Positions 1 to 9,931 of a stretch of 64,000 nt of DNA are shown piece after piece (the stretch's first letter is position 1; each line of letters opens with the position of its first letter). Origin of the DNA: Candidatus Bathyarchaeota archaeon (GTDB lineage Archaea; Thermoproteota; Bathyarchaeia; Bathyarchaeales; Bathycorpusculaceae); contig CAWDYC010000008.1 in NCBI GenBank assembly GCA_963806535.1, positions 139,614 through 203,613 on the forward strand, read 5' to 3'. The notes beneath the pieces were generated by a model. It ran no database searches. It was not told the DNA's origin and was given only the letters and a program-made list of their open reading frames with translations. The position numbers and the translations under genes are program-made.

Positions 1-497
1 AAGTAATTGCAACACCTATGGTTCCCCCGCTTATCCAAGAGGAAATGGGTGCAAGCAAAACATACTACAGAAAGTACAGGAAATGTGTTTTCTGCGAAAT
101 AATTGAGCGGGAAGCAAAGGGTCCAAGGCTTGTTTATGACAGCACTGACTTCTTGGTTTTTGCTCCTTACGCAAGCATTAATCCGATGGAGTTTTGGATT
201 GTTCCTAAAAAACACGCCGCCAACATCCTTGATATGACTGGTGCTGAAGTGGAGGGTCTGGCTAAAACACTCAAATTAAGCCTCAAAGCCCTAAAAGACC
301 TGGTCAACGACCCGCCGTACAATTACGGTATACACTTAGCCATAAATGAAGAAGCAAAAGACTCCTATCACTGGCACTTGGAAGTTTATCCTAAACTGTC
401 AATTTGGGCAGGCTTCGAACTAAACACGGGAACATACATCAACACGGTTACGCCTGAAACAGCCGCTGAAAGCCTACGAAAAGCAATAGCAACCTAA
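1..497 (+). CDS. galT: Galactose-1-phosphate uridylyltransferase (GalT/HIT superfamily), 3' part; 5' end outside window
   Basis: CVFCEII, FAPYAS..PME.WIVPKKH, PPYNY and YHWHLE.YP..WAGFE..TG.YIN...PE motifs of the GalT C-terminal half. Confidence 0.85.
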   Translation, partial: VIATPMVPPLIQEEMGASKTYYRKYRKCVFCEIIEREAKGPRLVYDSTDFLVFAPYASINPMEFWIVPKKHAANILDMTGAEVEGLAKTLKLSLKALKDLVNDPPYNYGIHLAINEEAKDSYHWHLEVYPKLSIWAGFELNTGTYINTVTPETAAESLRKAIAT

Positions 498-818
498 TTT
501 TCTGTTTTGTCAAGGTTTCTGGACATCTAAATTAGCCTATCACAGTACCCGATTTACGCCTTTACTCAAAGCAGAAGAAGTGTGTTTTTTCTTGTTTCTT
601 CTTCTTTTAAATCTGGAAGAAGGAGACGCGGACTCTTAAAGGAACTTAACAAAGAGGTAGAAGTAGGATGCGGTGTTTTTTCTTCCGTTCCTACTTCTTC
701 TACCAGAAAAACAACAACACAGTACCACCACCAACTGTTGTTACTCTACATGCTGTTGTTCTTCTTTGAATAATATTTCTCAAAAAGATTATGGAGCGGA
801 GGTGCATGGGAAGTTTGC

Positions 819-2879
819 CTAAGTAGCCACAAATTGAGGTTTTATCATCAGAACGTCTTCAATATAGGCTCTTAGGGGCTCGGCTACGCTCCATGCTTGT
901 GAGATACATCCTCTTGGAGCGTTTGGCGAGTCACAGTCGTAAATTTCATTTATGGTTCCTAACCCTCCTTGATGAATTCCGAGGGTAAACAGGGGCAAAA
1001 TAAGATTGTTCAAAGCATAGTCACGCGATTTAGCAGAGTAACCATTAACTCTCAAGTATGCTGTGACATATGGTCCTAGTAACCAAGGCCAAATTGTGCC
1101 GTTGTGGTAAGCTGTATCTCGGCTTCGTCGGTTACCGAAGCATTTGCCTGCAAATTTGGGGTCATCTAATGAGAGAGTTCTTAAGCCGTATGGTGTCACA
1201 AGTTCACGGTTTACTACTTCAACAACTTTTGAGCTTTTTTCTGAGTCAAGCATTGTGTAATCCAGTGAAACGGCAAATATCTGGTTCGGACGATCCGACG
1301 CATCTTTAGATTTGATATCAAGAACGTCAAACAGGCAGCCTTCTGCGGGATTCCAGAATTTTTCGTTAAAACTTTCGCGGGTTTTGTTTGCCATAGCTGC
1401 GTATTTTTCAGCGAATGAGATCTCACCGAACTTGTTTGCTAATAGCTCCATGATTCTAAGAGCATTATACCATAATGCTTGAATTTCCACTGCTTTTCCA
1501 GCTCGGGGAGTAAATTCGTCGCCGTCCACCGCAGCATCCATCCATGTAAGCTGTGGACCATGAACAATTAAGCCGTCATCACCCAAACGAATACCAAAAA
1601 ACGTGCCTTTCTGGTGGTAGTCTATTATTGATTGTAGGCTTTCCCAGAGCTCTTCTTTAACAAAGACAAAATCTCTAGTGTACTTCAGATATTGGAGAAC
1701 TGCATTAATGTACCAGAATGTTCCATCAACCGTGTTGTAAGCTGGCTCAGCGGTCTTGTCCGTGACAAAATTGGGAATCAAGCCACCTCTGCAATACTGG
1801 ATGAAGTTTTTTAGTATGTTTTTTGCTTCGTTGAATCTTCCAGTTACCAGCAACAGACCAGGAAAGGAAACAAAAGTATCTCTGCCCCATGATTCAAACC
1901 AGTGGTATCCTGCGATGATTGATTTTTGGCCGGCTGTGTTTTGTACAATAAAGGAGTCTGCGGCTAAAAGAATCCAGTTTAGCCAATCACTCATGGGTAC
2001 CTTGGTGTATTGGCGATAAAAGTCATTCAAGAGTTCGCTCTTTTGGTTCAACTCTTGTGTAAAAACATCAGTGCTAACAAATGTGTTTCCGAGCGAATCT
2101 AAGAATTCTCTCGCTTTCTGATACTTCTCATCAACGGAGGCAGTTATCGCAAATTGTTTCTCAGTTAGAGATGGAACTTGCAGTTCAAAATATCCCGGCT
2201 GGAAACAATCATCAGTGCTGCTTTCTTCCCGTTCCGCTTCATCACGGTAGAATAAACGGTCTACCCAGTTAAAATTCTCCTTAAATTCTCCGTCAGATGA
2301 TTGGCAAACAAAAGTGGCTTGAGGACGCTCAAAGTTTACCTCAAAATCTTTTTTGCCGCTTTTTTGCGTAAAATCCAGTGGGTTTTTACGTCGGTCAACC
2401 ACAGTGTGGAAATATCTGCACGTTAAAAGGGGATAAATCCTTACTTTAACGTTAGAATTGTTCTGGTTATTAACATTATAAATTGATGATACTGCGTTCT
2501 TGTTTTTAGGCATAAAAATTGTTTTATCAACTTTGATGTTGCCTAAATCGTACGAGTATTTTGGGTAAGGTACAATTGAAAATTGGCTTATTAGCTTGTG
2601 ACCTTGCGGGTAGATTAAATTGTGAAAGTCGTTCGAGCCTAACCTGATAACATCGTTGTCAATAATCACGTCTTCATCGAGTTTTGACAAACAAACAGTG
2701 CGATCGCCAGGTGGATGCAACGCAGCAACTAACAAACCATGATATTTCCTCGTGTTTATCCCGAAAACCGTTGATGATGCGTAACCGCCCAAACCGTTTG
2801 TAACCAGCCACTCCCGCTCTATAACCTCGTCGAAACGTGAAAGCGCTTCTTGAGTAAAGGTTATGGCGGGTAGCTTCAT
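819..2879 (-). CDS. Glycogen debranching enzyme (amylo-alpha-1,6-glucosidase), archaeal type
   Basis: EWLVTNGLGGYASST N-domain; IIAGYHWF..WGRDTF, QLTWMDA, TPR.GKAVEIQALWYNAL, AYHNGTIWPWL, GCISQAWSVAE. Confidence 0.93.
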   Translation of the reverse strand: MKLPAITFTQEALSRFDEVIEREWLVTNGLGGYASSTVFGINTRKYHGLLVAALHPPGDRTVCLSKLDEDVIIDNDVIRLGSNDFHNLIYPQGHKLISQFSIVPYPKYSYDLGNIKVDKTIFMPKNKNAVSSIYNVNNQNNSNVKVRIYPLLTCRYFHTVVDRRKNPLDFTQKSGKKDFEVNFERPQATFVCQSSDGEFKENFNWVDRLFYRDEAEREESSTDDCFQPGYFELQVPSLTEKQFAITASVDEKYQKAREFLDSLGNTFVSTDVFTQELNQKSELLNDFYRQYTKVPMSDWLNWILLAADSFIVQNTAGQKSIIAGYHWFESWGRDTFVSFPGLLLVTGRFNEAKNILKNFIQYCRGGLIPNFVTDKTAEPAYNTVDGTFWYINAVLQYLKYTRDFVFVKEELWESLQSIIDYHQKGTFFGIRLGDDGLIVHGPQLTWMDAAVDGDEFTPRAGKAVEIQALWYNALRIMELLANKFGEISFAEKYAAMANKTRESFNEKFWNPAEGCLFDVLDIKSKDASDRPNQIFAVSLDYTMLDSEKSSKVVEVVNRELVTPYGLRTLSLDDPKFAGKCFGNRRSRDTAYHNGTIWPWLLGPYVTAYLRVNGYSAKSRDYALNNLILPLFTLGIHQGGLGTINEIYDCDSPNAPRGCISQAWSVAEPLRAYIEDVLMIKPQFVAT

Positions 2880-3769
2880 TAGGGCATCAGCTTAGCTACG
2901 TTTTTGTCCCGTGGAACACAAAAATAATTGGCGACTGGAACACATTTTGTCCTGAACAATAGCAAATGTGGTTTTGTTAGTTTGTATTCGGTGAGGGTTT
3001 CAGCGTAGCCCATGCCTTTAGCAAAAACCAGTTCAGCCGAATCATATACTTTCAGGAATTCAGGTGAAACTTCTTTTTTTTGCAAGCCAACTGCGTCGGT
3101 TCCTGTTGTTATTACATCATCAGCCAATTTGTCCATGTTTGATAGAGGGACATCCTCCATTGTGGCGTCGTTAATTACAGGTCCGCCTTTAACAACATAA
3201 ATGACTTTTAAACCCATATTTTTTAATTGTTCAACTAGCAAAGTGTCAAAAACGATTTCGCCGGCATTATCCGCTAAATAAAGAACAGTGTTTGCTTTCT
3301 TTGCTAATTCGTAAGCTTTGTCAATATCATCAATGACTAAATCTTTTGACGCTGCTCTAAAACAAGCAGCTAAATCATTTAGTGTGAATTTGTGCCCTGG
3401 AATATCAAATTCCATAATATTGCCTACGATTGCGCATAGACATGCTTTTTTGAATCGTTCTTGTTGATTGTTACTTGCTTCTACCAGTTTTTTTGCATGT
3501 GGCAGTATTTTGAGGGCTTTCTCGTTAGCTAACCGTTTGCTACGCAGGTAAGGGTCTTCGTTGCAGCTCAGCTGTTTTATTATGCGATCCCTTTTTGTTC
3601 CTAATTCTGCGGCGACTGACGTGGATTTGAATTCCCGATTCAATAATTTAACAATTTCAGCCAGACATCTAAATCGAAGAGCAGGGTTTGTTGTGGCTTG
3701 ATACGTTGCCACTTGCCCCCGAGAAAGCAAACACGACTCACATTCAGCTTCAACTTTCAAGACATTCAC
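2879..3769 (-). CDS. Damage-control phosphatase, DUF89/ARMT1-like
   Basis: N-terminal CxxC, GN..EF, LADNAGEIVFD, PVINDAT, KGMGYAETL. Confidence 0.9.
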   Translation of the reverse strand: MNVLKVEAECESCLLSRGQVATYQATTNPALRFRCLAEIVKLLNREFKSTSVAAELGTKRDRIIKQLSCNEDPYLRSKRLANEKALKILPHAKKLVEASNNQQERFKKACLCAIVGNIMEFDIPGHKFTLNDLAACFRAASKDLVIDDIDKAYELAKKANTVLYLADNAGEIVFDTLLVEQLKNMGLKVIYVVKGGPVINDATMEDVPLSNMDKLADDVITTGTDAVGLQKKEVSPEFLKVYDSAELVFAKGMGYAETLTEYKLTKPHLLLFRTKCVPVANYFCVPRDKNVAKLMP

Positions 3770-3774
3770 ACAAT

Positions 3775-4488
<714 letters not shown>

Positions 4489-4561
4489 TTACTAATATGA
4501 TTTGCCTTAGAAAATACTATGAAGATAGGTTCTAACAAAAAATTAAGAAAGTTTATTTTAG

Positions 4562-6235
4562 TTATGATTTAACTTGTAGAGCGGCCTTCTTGGCAATATC
4601 TTCCGTTAACATTCCGATGAGATGGCCGTTTTTAACTATGGCTGCGCGTTTCATACCTTTCTCGATCATCAGTTTCATGGCTGAAATCATGGATTGGTCT
4701 CCTTGCAGGATTATGAGCGGTGTGTAAGTGAGGTCTTTGGCAAGAGTTTTTTTAGGGTCTTTGTGTTCTTCAACTATATCTCTTAAGATGTCCTTTTCGT
4801 TTATTATTCCTAGTGGCCGGTGATTCTCAGTTATTAAGATTGAGACAACTCCGTTTTGCAGCATTTTATTGACCAGTTGGGTTGCTGTTTCGGATGTTGA
4901 AACTTCAATTGAGGGTAGTTTAGTGCCGGCTTGTTCGCTGATTTCTGAAATATCTATGCCTCTCTTCCAAATATCGTCCAGCATTTCGCTTACTCTTTCA
5001 ATTTGACTAGGGTCAGTGGAGTACATTGTGTCAACCAAGGAAAGGGCGGATTCGGTTTCAAAATCACTCAGAGGAGGCATTTTGAACATGAAGAGGTACT
5101 TGTCATCAACAAGCATCATTGTTAAGTAGCTAATCGGTACATGTTTGATTTCGTAACTTTTTGAAAGCTTTTGTGCTGGCTCAAGATTGTCAAGGTCAAT
5201 TGACGCCATTATTCTGACATCTAAGTCCTTATTTAGATATTTTACTATGGGGTCATTTTCAGCGAGACGGTTGATGCTTTGGGATGTAGTAATTAGAACA
5301 ACTTCTTTTTTTGCGGATTCCAGAATCTTTGTGACTTTGTTCCATGCTTCGTCTGCGTCTTTAATGACAAGCGTTTCGCCAATTGGTATTCCGGTCTTTA
5401 TCTCGTCAATTCGTCTTGATGCGTCAACTCCGCTTTGCCACATTTGGCCGAAGAAAGCTTTCAGAACTGAAATGAACATTTTATCGTTAATCCATAGGCC
5501 TTCATCTTCTAAATTCAAAACGGAAGCTTCATTGCCAAAAGGTGCGTACAGCATGGCTTCTTCTTCATCTTTTATTAAAAATCTTGGGAAAAATTTGGAG
5601 TTCATTCCGACATGTCGGACCTTCATATTTAGTTTTTCCGCAGCAATATTTTTGTCGAGTCTTTCAGCAACTTTGAGGTTTTCATGGGAAATGTCAGTTA
5701 TAATTTGAAATTGAACTTTTCGTTCTTGGGCAGAAACTTCAGCTGTATCAAATATTCCGGCTATGTCTTCTTGAATTAAACCTAAAGCGGTTGTTAAGAC
5801 TGTCACTTGAGTTTTTGACTCTTCAATCATGGATAGCATTTTGGAGTGAATTTTCTTTTTTCCTGTAATAATGGAGAATTTGGCTACTGGATATTCAGAT
5901 TCAGGAGCACTTATTGATTGCCAAGCTGTTAAAAGGCTTGACTTTTGATCGTTTAGATTGGTAACTTCAGTCTTTTTAGCGTTGATGAATTGATCAACCA
6001 GTGCTTCAAAAGGAACAATCGTAAACCGGGTAGGCCGCTCCAAAGTTGCTTCTATGAAGCCTTTTTCCTGCAGTTTTTTGAAGGTTCGGTAAGCTTGGAC
6101 TCGTTCCATTTTAAGTCTTTTAGCCACAAAGCTTGTTGATTGTACACCACTTTTGGCAAGAAACATGTAAACTTGGATTTCTCGTTTTGATAACCCGAGA
6201 ATCTGGAGGAATTTGGTTACATCCTTTTCACTCAA
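4562..6235 (-). CDS. TrmB-family transcriptional regulator with two effector-binding domains and a C-terminal CBS pair
   Basis: N-terminal TrmB HTH (LGLSKREIQVY...VQAYRTFKKLQEKGFIE..LERPTRF), two PLD-like repeats, CBS motifs (LGIINEKDI, IGMLTEDI). Confidence 0.85.
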   Translation of the reverse strand: MSEKDVTKFLQILGLSKREIQVYMFLAKSGVQSTSFVAKRLKMERVQAYRTFKKLQEKGFIEATLERPTRFTIVPFEALVDQFINAKKTEVTNLNDQKSSLLTAWQSISAPESEYPVAKFSIITGKKKIHSKMLSMIEESKTQVTVLTTALGLIQEDIAGIFDTAEVSAQERKVQFQIITDISHENLKVAERLDKNIAAEKLNMKVRHVGMNSKFFPRFLIKDEEEAMLYAPFGNEASVLNLEDEGLWINDKMFISVLKAFFGQMWQSGVDASRRIDEIKTGIPIGETLVIKDADEAWNKVTKILESAKKEVVLITTSQSINRLAENDPIVKYLNKDLDVRIMASIDLDNLEPAQKLSKSYEIKHVPISYLTMMLVDDKYLFMFKMPPLSDFETESALSLVDTMYSTDPSQIERVSEMLDDIWKRGIDISEISEQAGTKLPSIEVSTSETATQLVNKMLQNGVVSILITENHRPLGIINEKDILRDIVEEHKDPKKTLAKDLTYTPLIILQGDQSMISAMKLMIEKGMKRAAIVKNGHLIGMLTEDIAKKAALQVKS

Positions 6236-6274
6236 TCGAGCAACCGCCGTTTAAAACTTAATTAGTATTACTCG

Positions 6275-6296
6275 ATGTCGTTCGACATTTATATAA
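6275..6296 (-). promoter_or_regulatory. TATA box with an abutting palindromic operator upstream of trmB
   Basis: TTATATAAA on the minus strand (6288-6296) and the perfect inverted repeat ATGTCG-TT-CGACAT (6275-6288). Confidence 0.5.
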
Positions 6297-6367
6297 CTAA
6301 TGTTTTTTTGTAGACGTTTTGTCAAACGATTTGACTACAACTAGACGTTTTTGCGCTAACAAGGTGG

Positions 6368-7030
6368 CTAAACAAGCTTCTGCTGCAAAAAGGCCTTTTC
6401 GCTCTTAGCCCTCTTCGCAGGCTTCCATGACTTCCTAACAAAATCAGGATAATCATCATTTTTATCCAGCAGACCCTTAAGAAAAATCATTGTTTTTTCA
6501 TCCGTTAAGTATCCGCTGCCAAAGTCACCGTGTTCAAGCCTCAAGCTTGCGACTTCTCTATCGCGCTCAACCTTAGCAATAATCGAGGCTGCTGAAACGA
6601 TCGGATAAATCCTGTCAGCCTTATGTTTAGAAATGATTCGAGTCTTAATTTTTAAGCATTCTTTAACATGGTTTCCAAAGCGATGTTCAACAGTGTCTGC
6701 CGCATCAACGTATGCTTCATCAGGTTCTAAAACTTCAATAATTTGAGCCATCGTCTGTGCCTCAAGCCTGTTTAATTTATGCAGTTTTCTGAGGTTTTCA
6801 ACTGCTTTATCAATTTGGAAAGGCATGACTTTTATTGTGTGATACTTTTCAACTAATTGCAATATTACTGGATACAAAAGACTCCGCTTTTCTGGTGTTA
6901 GAAGTTTTGAGTCTCTGACGCCTAGGTCGGTCAGGATTGAAAGGTTTTCAGTTTTCATCATAACACCAGCGACAACTAAAGGACCGATAACACATCCCCG
7001 TCCAGCTTCGTCAACACCAGCAACCAACAT
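6368..7030 (-). CDS. rnhB: Ribonuclease HII
   Basis: AGVDEAGRG, RDSKLL, YVDAAD, VSAASIIAKVERD, DFGSGY. Confidence 0.97.
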   Translation of the reverse strand: MLVAGVDEAGRGCVIGPLVVAGVMMKTENLSILTDLGVRDSKLLTPEKRSLLYPVILQLVEKYHTIKVMPFQIDKAVENLRKLHKLNRLEAQTMAQIIEVLEPDEAYVDAADTVEHRFGNHVKECLKIKTRIISKHKADRIYPIVSAASIIAKVERDREVASLRLEHGDFGSGYLTDEKTMIFLKGLLDKNDDYPDFVRKSWKPAKRAKSEKAFLQQKLV

Positions 7031-7185
7031 TACAGCTTTTCAACCTTAAACTATCAATGCCTTCTGATCTAAGCTATATTGCTTTTCCAAAAAATATTGT
7101 TAATTAGAAAAATCGTTGCAAAGCAGAACATATTGAAATTTTGGTTCGAGAGGGAAGGAGCAAGTTTTGTAGGCACTCTTGCGTC

Positions 7186-7884
7186 TTAACTACGTTGGGC
7201 GATTATCATGGCGTGTGCCTTGTCAAAAGGTTCCAGATTCACAACTTCTTTGACTTCAAAACCTCTTTTGCGCAAAACATTAGCTTCCTGGCGATAAACA
7301 TCGTCTGGATTCATGGTTACATCGATACTTTGTGATTTAACAGCGAGCATAACCCAGCCGCCCGGCTTTAGGAAAACATCTGCGTTGTCAGCCAAAAGTC
7401 TTGCTTGTTCAGGCTGCGCCACATCGCAGTAAATTGTATCTACTTTGCCTGAGATGAACATCGCATATCTTTCGGGCATCCGAGCATCTTCCAACAAAGG
7501 GGAAATGTTTGGTCTAAAGGTTGCAACATTATTAACTAAATCTCGAATCGATCGCTGGGCAAATTCGACGCAGTAAACATATCCGTTTTCGCCCACGATA
7601 TCCGAAACGTGGCTGGGGGTTGTTCCTGAAGCAGCACCTAAATAAAGAACTTTAAAGCCAGGCTCTATAGGCACATTTTGTAAACCTTTAAGGATTGCAG
7701 CGGCTAATTTGCTTCTGAAAGCATCCCAAACACGGTACTCAACGCCTTTAAATCTAATCAGTCGTTCGCTATAAACAATTAAGCCGGGAGTTAAATTGCG
7801 TGTACCTAATCGTTGTGCGCCGTCTTCAAGGGTAACTTGGTATATTTCTTTGAATTTTGGGTGCGGTCTAACCTTGACGGTCAA
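7186..7884 (-). CDS. flpA: Fibrillarin-like 2'-O-methyltransferase
   Basis: RSKLAAAI, VLYLGAASGTTPSHVSD, DVAQPEQA. Confidence 0.97.
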   Translation of the reverse strand: MTVKVRPHPKFKEIYQVTLEDGAQRLGTRNLTPGLIVYSERLIRFKGVEYRVWDAFRSKLAAAILKGLQNVPIEPGFKVLYLGAASGTTPSHVSDIVGENGYVYCVEFAQRSIRDLVNNVATFRPNISPLLEDARMPERYAMFISGKVDTIYCDVAQPEQARLLADNADVFLKPGGWVMLAVKSQSIDVTMNPDDVYRQEANVLRKRGFEVKEVVNLEPFDKAHAMIIAQRS

Positions 7885-9197
7885 CGCCGTTCTCTTCTCC
7901 GATTCCTATCTCTACGCGGTCCACCGCCACCTCTAAAAGGTGGTCGCCCTCCGCCTTCCCGAGGCCTGAATGGCCGATCTCCACCTTCCCTGCGTTCCCC
8001 AAATTGCCCTCGTCCTTCCGGTCGTGGTTTAGCTTCTTTTGGTGGCGGCGGCTCCTTGTATTTTTCGCGAATTTCTTCTAACCGCTTGTTAATGTCTGCT
8101 TTCAATCGGTCTCCGATGTAGTGGCCTCCGAAAGCATCGGCTCTAGCTGCAATGGCAAGTTTTCCAGCGATTACTCTTGCAATTTTTCCTCTTTGCCATC
8201 TTTTTGCATCATGCAGAAGTGTGTGCTGGAAGATTAAGCCATGTTTTGGTGGTCTCGCACCTGTTTTTAATGAGCGGAAAAGAGCTTTTTCTGCACCCAA
8301 GACTTGTATTGTGCTTGCGGGTCTCATTGCTAACGTTTGTAAGCTGCCCGCGATGGCGATTAATCTTGCACCTAGAAGCGCACCCGCAACTGCTCGTACG
8401 TTGGGCGCCATCTCCTCCATAGTTCGGTCAACATAGTTATCCATGTTCTTGCGAAGTTCATAGAACGATAGCACGTTTCTGGCTAATTCTTGTATCTGCA
8501 GTAAATCTCGTTCTGCTATGTCTGCGCCCATGGATGATTCAGCTGCTTTCGCAACCAATTGGGCTCGCTCTTTGGGAATGTTTTCCTTCTCTAAGCCCTC
8601 AATAGTGTAGTTTTCCCTATCTCCTAAACTCATGGCGAGTCTTGAGTAAGTTTCATGTTTCTCGATTAAACGGTCAAGCTCGGGGAAATATACGCCATAC
8701 CATTCTCTAAGTCTGCCCATGAATAAGTTGACTGTTCTGTCCAAATCATCTAGGGTTTGTATGCCTTGAGCTATGATTAGGTCTCTTTTTTCTGAAGCAC
8801 CTTTAATTCGCAGTTTGGCAAGCTCCATGCTTACGTTGCGGTTCCACAGGCTAAGCTCCTTGTCATCGTTAACAAAGCCTGATTCAACAGCGGCTTCATT
8901 CATGCGGGAACGGAGAACTTCTGCTTCAGCGGGTTTTGCAACTTCCACCGTAACATTCATTTTTCGCTGAATTGCTTCTGCTAAATTTGCTTTTTCAAAA
9001 ACAAATGTGTCATATCCTGAGTTTTTAAGGATTGAAATTAATGAGAAAACTTCATCAGACATTTGTCCAGCTTCAGCTTTAAGTAAGCTTCTCGCTGCAG
9101 CCTGAGGTTTTTTTGGAAACAAAACCTTCTCTACTAAACTATTTTTGTCGTCGAAAGCTGCAATACCAAAGGGAAATTGAATTAGGAATGCTTTCAT
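7881..9197 (-). CDS. nop5: C/D box sRNP protein Nop5 (Nop56/58)
   Basis: LREWYG.YFPEL, PASTIQVLGAEKALF, PPKHGLIFQH; overlaps the flpA start; ATG at 9197 preferred. Confidence 0.96.
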   Translation of the reverse strand: MKAFLIQFPFGIAAFDDKNSLVEKVLFPKKPQAAARSLLKAEAGQMSDEVFSLISILKNSGYDTFVFEKANLAEAIQRKMNVTVEVAKPAEAEVLRSRMNEAAVESGFVNDDKELSLWNRNVSMELAKLRIKGASEKRDLIIAQGIQTLDDLDRTVNLFMGRLREWYGVYFPELDRLIEKHETYSRLAMSLGDRENYTIEGLEKENIPKERAQLVAKAAESSMGADIAERDLLQIQELARNVLSFYELRKNMDNYVDRTMEEMAPNVRAVAGALLGARLIAIAGSLQTLAMRPASTIQVLGAEKALFRSLKTGARPPKHGLIFQHTLLHDAKRWQRGKIARVIAGKLAIAARADAFGGHYIGDRLKADINKRLEEIREKYKEPPPPKEAKPRPEGRGQFGERREGGDRPFRPREGGGRPPFRGGGGPRRDRNRRRERR

Positions 9198-9440
9198 ATT
9201 TTTGAGCCCCAATAAACTATGTATTGTCACTACTCTAACTTAATAAACCGTTATGTTGCCTTAAATTGAAAGAAACGTATTTTTCTTTGTTATTGAGGGC
9301 TCTTACTTTGTTTGTTTAAAAAAACCCATAGTGTTCAAACAACCAACTGAACAAAAAATTGTTTATGGTCTAAAAAAGAATCTAACGAGCGCAATAGGCT
9401 TAAGACCCGCTCCCTATAGCGGTTATTGATGGGTGTTTGT

Positions 9441-9590
9441 GCAAATTTTTTCTTTGTGTTTTAGATTGCTTTTTTGATTTAGGGCTTGCGATGTTTGCAG
9501 GTCACGTACAGAAAAGTGTGGAAACATACAGAAACGTATGGGAAAGTATGGAAAAGGTTAAAAACGTACAAAAAAGTATTAAAAAGTCCG
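9441..9590 (+). repeat. Leader + decamer-array element, copy A
   Basis: 61-bp G/T-rich leader ending TGTTTGCAGG (9441-9501), then 8 decamers of ~GTAYRGAAAA from 9506. Confidence 0.8.
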
Positions 9591-9675
9591 CAGGAAAAAA
9601 ATCGAATCTTCAGTCGTGATGGGAAAATGCTTTTATTAATGAAAACACAAAAACTATCGAGTTAAAGAAATAGAT

Positions 9676-9740
9676 TAACTTAGACGCAGACAAAAAAATT
9701 CGGAAGAGAGAGGGGGAATCATTCACCTGCGTCTAAGTTA
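9676..9740. repeat. Perfect 14-bp inverted repeat (hairpin or mini-MITE)
   Basis: TAACTTAGACGCAG (9676-9689) and CTGCGTCTAAGTTA (9727-9740), 37-nt spacer. Confidence 0.7.
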
Positions 9741-9931
9741 TCCATTTTATTGCGCTTTTGGGCTCGTCCTTCTGCGCGTTATTATAACAATGCTTCTTGG
9801 ATGATAAATAATGATGTGATTGTACAATTACAGTAACAAGTTTAACAAGTTTAAAACAGCATTTGCGCTTGATTGCCCGCGTAAGATATTTAACTTCGGA
9901 TTCTTTATGGGAAATATGAGGAATTAGAGTA

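Noticed and set aside
9437-9619. ORFs over the leader-array elements (9437-9619 +, 31219-31482 -) as real peptides
   Set aside because: Starts and stops are not conserved between copies, and 10-nt units do not preserve frame.
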